A DNA stretch of 64,000 bases from Azolla caroliniana. Its lineage: Eukaryota > Plantae > Polypodiophyta. The notes beneath the pieces were generated by a model, which saw only the letters and a program-made list of their open reading frames with translations, was not told the origin of the DNA and made no database searches. The translations under genes were made by a program, and so were the position numbers. Position 1 is the stretch's first letter. Each line of letters begins with the position of its first letter. Of this stretch, positions 58,898 through 64,000 are shown in pieces. Location of the stretch: positions 12,896,001-12,960,000 of the forward strand of contig JBHGNT010000017.1 in NCBI GenBank assembly GCA_043228905.1, written 5' to 3'.

Positions 58898-61638
58898 CAG
58901 TCGATGATCATGGTTGTGTCTGGATGGGGAATGAAGGTACATGCCGAATTGTCGACATAGGAGATGTGTTGTTGACGACACCAACCGGATGCAAGTTGTT
59001 GTTGAAGGATGTCCGACATGTTCCGGAGGTTCGATTGAACCTGATATCAGCCAGTCGGCTAGATGATGAAGGCTACACGGGTACCATCCAGAACGGAGTT
59101 ATGAAGTTCAGCAAAGGGAGCCTAATAGTGGCATGAGCACAGAAGGTCAACATGTTGTATCTAATGCATGCCCGGATATACTGGGAAGAAGTGAACATAG
59201 CATCTGACACTGCCGGTGAACTGTGGCACAAGAGGCTGTGTCACATGAGTGAGAAGGGGATGAAGAGACTTGCCGAAGACAATCTCATTCCAGTAAAGGA
59301 CATGCAACTTGAGAAGTGCACCGATTGCTTGGCTAGCAAGCAAACCTGAACCTCCTTCCAATCAAGAACATCGATGAGATGGAATGCACCACTGGAGCTG
59401 GTGCATACCGATGTGTGTCAAGTGGACATGAAGTCACATGCCGGATCGCAATACTTCGTGACGTTCATAAACGACCACAACCGGAAGTTGTGGGTCGCAC
59501 CACTGAAGACGAAGGATCAAGTGTTATCCATCTTCAAGGAGCTTCACGCGAGAGTGGAAAGAGAAACCGGCCGGAAGCTGAAGGCAATTCGAGCAAATAA
59601 TGAAGGAGAATACCGAGGGTAGTTCGAGGAGTACTACCGATCGAAGGGAATCTGACTCGAGTTCACTGTGCCAAAGACGCCGGAATTGAACGGGTTGGCT
59701 GAACGAATGAACCAGACCATAATGGAGAGAGTTTGGAGCATGCTTGCACATGCCAAGTTACCCAAGACGTTTTGGGCTGGGATGCTTACGATGACGACCT
59801 ATGTAAAAAACAGATCACCTTCAGTACCCTTGGACGGAGACACACCGCAAAGAGTATGGACCAGTAAGGGTGTATCCTACCAGCATCTAAAGGTATTCAG
59901 ATGTCTCGCTTACATGCATGTGGCGAAGGACAAGAGAGCACAACTGGATTCGAAGTCCTGGCCATGCATATTCCTTGGATACAACGATGATGAGTTTGGT
60001 TACCAGTTGTGGGATCTGGTCAACAAGAAGGTGTTCCGGAGTCGGGACATAGTCTTCATGGAAGACAGGACCATTGCCGACTGGGAGTCGGAGAAGAAGA
60101 TGATGAACTCTAGATCATCCAATGAAAACCGGTTTGAGGACACAAGGACTTACCCGGTTGAAAACCAGATGTTAGCCGATAACCGGATGACACTCGATGA
60201 ACCGGCCGGATATGGACAAGAAACCTAACTGACCAAAGAAGAAGAAGAAGAAGGAGACATCGGACCCGGACAATATCCCGAATCAGATTCGGATTCGGAA
60301 CAAACGGAGGAATCGACAGTCTGAAACCAAGGACGGAGATATCCTCTCTGAGAGAGAAGAGCCCCCCAGAGATTTCCAGATGCAAAGCATGTGTTGCTAA
60401 CCGATGAGGGGGAGTCGGAAAGCTTCGAAGAAGCAAAGAGAGACACCCACAACCGCAAGTGGTTGAGTGCCATGCAGGATGAGATGGATTCCCTGCATGA
60501 GAACCACAATATATGAACTGACGGAGTTGCCAAAAGGGAAGAGAGCACTCCGGAACAAGTGGGTGTACAAGCTGAAACCGGGAGATGCCGGAAATCCACC
60601 AAGGTATAAGGCCCGAATTGTGGTGAAGGGCTTCTAACAGAAGAAAGGAGTGGACTTCGATGAGATCTTTGCCCTAGTAGTAAAGATGACATCCATCCGG
60701 ACGGTATTGGGCATAGCGGCAAGCATGGACCTCGAGGTAGAGCAACTGGACGTGAAGACGACATTCCTCCATGGTGACCTCGAAGAGGAGATTTACATGC
60801 ATCAACCGGAAGGATTTGAGAAGAAAGGGAAGGAACACCTGGTGTGCCGGCTGAAGAAGAGCTTATACGGACTGAAGCAAGCTCCCCGGCAATGGTACCG
60901 GAAGTTCAACTCCTTCATGACCGACCAAGGGTACCACAAGATGCAAGGCCATCATTGCGTATTTGTGAAGAAATTTGATGAAGGAGATTTCCTGATACTC
61001 CTCCTATATGTGGATGATATGTTGATTGTCGGACGAGACCAAGGCAAGATTCAGATGCTGAAGAAGGCTCTGAACCGGACCTTCTCAATGAAAGACTTGG
61101 GTCCGGCAAGACACATATTGGGAATGCACATCATCCGGGAGCGGTAGAAGAAGCTGTGGTGGTTGTCACAGGAGAAGTACGTGACAAAGGTGCTTCAACG
61201 GTTCAACATGTCGCAGGCGAAACCAGTCGGATCGACACTTTTAGCAAACTGCAGATTATCCGGTAAGCAAAGCCCGAAGACGAAAGCAGAGAAGGCTGAT
61301 TCTCTGCAGGTTTTGGGAGGCTGCCTCTGCTTTGTGGAAAGCTCGAGTGCTTCCGGTAGAGGCTACATCTCGTGTTGTTGTGTGCGTTGTGTGAGTTGGT
61401 GTCAGTGCGTTGACGCTTGCCGGCTAGCTGGCTGTAATCTTGATCATATATATATATTGCCTTATTCGTCGTTTGATCTTGATTGTGAGTTCTTTGTGTA
61501 TTTGTGTGCACGGATCGGTCATGGTTTCGTGTTGCTCCTCCCTCTGTTCGGTTATTCCCCGGTTCAGGGCCCCCGCGGTCCCGCCTTGGTTTCTCTTGCG
61601 CGTGCAGAATAACACGACATCTTTGGTGAACCTGGCGT

Positions 61639-63126
61639 TGTCATGCCTTTCGGCTCCGGATCGTTGCGTGAGTCGGGTGGGAACCACTGAGGTTTTGGAC
61701 TAGGAGAAAGAAGAATATGAGATAAGGCTAGTAATGAATAGGTAGAAAGAGAGGTAAGTTATGAATCTCGTGAATCCTACGAGTTTAATGTATTTCATCA
61801 ATATTTAGATAGTAAGAGACAATTTAGATAATAAATTCGTGAATCCCACGAATATATTATATTGGTCAATCCTTACAAAATAATTGTTAGGAAACAGGTC
61901 CCTCCGGATGGGAAGTGAGAAGAACAGTACCGAAACCGGATGTGGAGTACCCGACAACGGAGACCCGGTGAGAACCGAATGACGTGTGCCCGACAAGCGT
62001 TGGATGATGTAGGCCCGGTGAGGAGTGCTCACCGGATGAAGGGACATATTCGTAAATATGTTTCTGAGAGTTCATCGGGGCTATATTTGTAAATAGCCGA
62101 AAAGTCATATTAGTATAAATATGACTTAGGGCAAACTTAGTTTTGCGTTGTTGTCGTCATTCTTGTTGGTGCAAGATTTGAGCACGTAACTGTGTACAGA
62201 GAGAGAGAGAGAGAGGAAGAGGTCGTTGCCTCTGTTGTAACCGCCGCCTATGGCGAAGATAACAAGCCCGAGGTCGTTGCCTCGGTGCTTTACCATTGTA
62301 CATTGTGATATCGTGATAGTTTGCAGTCTGTGGGTTGCCGTGGTTTTTCCCTAGTTTGGGTTTTCCACGTTAACATCCTGTGTACTCTTCTCTTCACTGT
62401 GTCATGCGTACCTTACCCGTTTTTTGTGTTTTGATCCTAGGCTCGGTTGTGGCCGAGGATTGTGCTTAGGGAGCGTGTATTGCTGTCAATAATCAACAAC
62501 CAAATACATCTTTCGCTCTTCCTTATATAGTGATGGAAGAGGCTAAGCATAGCATCATGCTTTCCCTAAAGTGTTCATGCACGCTAGGTGTGCATGAGTT
62601 GCCTCCCCTCAACCATGCTTTCCATTTCCTAAATATAGTGTTCATGCACGCTACGCATGCACGAGTAACTTTTCTTTTGTTTGCTTGTTTCTTCTAGATA
62701 AAGTTTTCACCCACTCTCAAAGTGCATGATCTGCCTTCTTGTAAAAGTAGGCGTAAATATAAGTCATATATCACTTATGATAAGTTATTACAATAGTAAA
62801 GTTTGGCTTTATTTACATGGAGGTACAGGGTTCGAATCTTGCCCTATGCATGTAACAATCTTTTCTTCTATTTACAAATTTGTCTCTTCATTCGATGAGA
62901 CTCTCACCAGACTTCTTTATCCAGCTCTTGCTGGTTCTGCTTGATCCGGTTCTTACCGGTCCTCCTTGCCGGTTCCTCCTTCATCCGGTTCTCCTTACCG
63001 GGTCCTCCTTACTGGTTCCTCCTTCATCCGGTTCTCCTTACCAGGTCCTCCTTACCGGTTCCTCCTTGTCCCATCCGGAGGGACCAAAAAGCAAATTTCC
63101 CGTAGTGTGAAAATTACACTACGACA
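61639..63126 (-). mobile_element. Solo LTR of a B-related family, inserted in the PBS of element F
   Basis: Both ends are reverse complements of the B LTR ends. Flanks GCGT/ATGT are consistent with a decayed ACGT TSD. Confidence 0.88.
61885..62488 (+). mobile_element. Copia (D/E-family) solo LTR
   Basis: TG...CA termini and TSD ATAAT. Aligns with D/E LTRs (gtggtttttcc...gggttttccacgt, atatgacttagggca). Confidence 0.9.
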
Positions 63127-64000
63127 ATGTGAAACAAGGCGGTAGAGGAATCGAGGATGAGGGTTTCAGAGCTCACTGAAGCCATGGTGGCAGTAGTCGA
63201 TCGGATTGTGAGTGCTCGCGAGGGCACGGACGCCCTTGATAGGGCCATTGAAGCAATTGTCAGCACGTAGGCCGGTTCGATGGGAAGGACGCCACGAGTT
63301 ATTTGGTGGCCTATCGAGGCAAAATGGTGATGAGGGACATCCCGGAGGAAAGGTGTCTAGTTGGGTTCCCTCGGGTGGTGACACCGGGCGTCCACGCAGA
63401 GGTGCTCGAGGTGCAGGCTAGATGCTAGACCTGGGGAGAATTCGAAGCGCGACTCCTCGAACGGTACGGGCTTGATGACATGCTTCGCTTATCGAAGCAG
63501 GACTTCATGGATTGGGTGGAGACCCCCAGAAAGGGGATGAATGCATCGGCGCTTCTCCGGGAGTTTGAAGAACGCTTCGCGCGGCTCTTGGCCCTAGACA
63601 GGGCAGTGCTGGATACAAGCCGCATCTTGTTGTTTGTCAAATCCGTGGACGCACGGGATTGAGATCAAGTGGGTCTCCTGTTGGAGACGAATGATGGGTT
63701 GACGGGCGACTGGGCCATGGTAAAGAGAGTCTGCGTCCGTTTTGACAAACGACGTGAGTGAGTCGACAAGGGCTCATTGGGGGCAAGAGAGGTTGCGGCA
63801 AGAAAGCTCGAAGGACCCCCGCCGACACGAAGGGAGGAAACCCGGGATTGGCTGGAGACAGGCTTGACTTCGACCAACATGGTCAAGGGCCTGTCCAGAG
63901 GAGTGGCTCTGGAAGAGCTGACGCAGATGGTACGAGACATCTAGATTGCATAGGCAAGGAGGGACGACGACGAGTAGTTTCGCAACTGGAGGCCTTCGGG

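Larger units (their letters stand above)
51888..61300 (+). mobile_element. Ty1/Copia element D, decayed, truncated in RT, interrupted by element E
   Basis: 5' LTR 51888-~52447; PBS tggtattagaac 52451-52462. gag-PR fragments to 53466; INT/RT fragments 58903-61300 closely parallel element E. Confidence 0.9.
61301..64000 (+). mobile_element. Gypsy element F (B-related): partial 5' LTR, tRNA-Trp PBS, decayed gag running off the window
   Basis: LTR ends ...cacgaca at 61619. PBS tggtgaacctggcgt|gaa is split by an insertion. Gag FMDWVETPRKGM...FEERFARL aligns with B gag FEDWVETPDKGM...FESRFGRL. Confidence 0.82.

Overview
This is eukaryotic plant DNA, most likely from a fern: the 5S copies begin GTGGTGCGG like fern/horsetail 5S rRNA as I recall it (inference). 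It contains one host gene, a 13-exon carotenoid isomerase (CRTISO, minus strand, 32266-39896, 608 aa), set among nested transposons. From left to right: (A) a decayed minus-strand Ty3/Gypsy inserted into a 5S rDNA tandem array. Inside A sits (B), a full-length tRNA-Trp-primed Gypsy with a 4-bp TSD, which carries a solo LTR (C) in its gag. Next come four visible ~570-bp 5S units, one split by a young intact Copia, then an old Gypsy remnant split by a decayed Copia, then CRTISO. A Mutator-like element with a 9-bp TSD and Ulp1 protease cargo lies ~160 bp upstream of the CRTISO ATG. After it come a self-priming chromovirus, an old Copia (D) split by a young intact relative (E), and a triple nest at the right end. 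The most unusual signals are: a GGAUUUU slippery site plus predicted H-type pseudoknot joining gag-protease to RT in element B; U3 motifs shared between Gypsy and Copia LTRs; extra Pol III modules in the 5S spacer; and antisense tRNA-like modules in the LTRs of two unrelated Gypsy lineages. All coordinates were read by eye and no searches were run.
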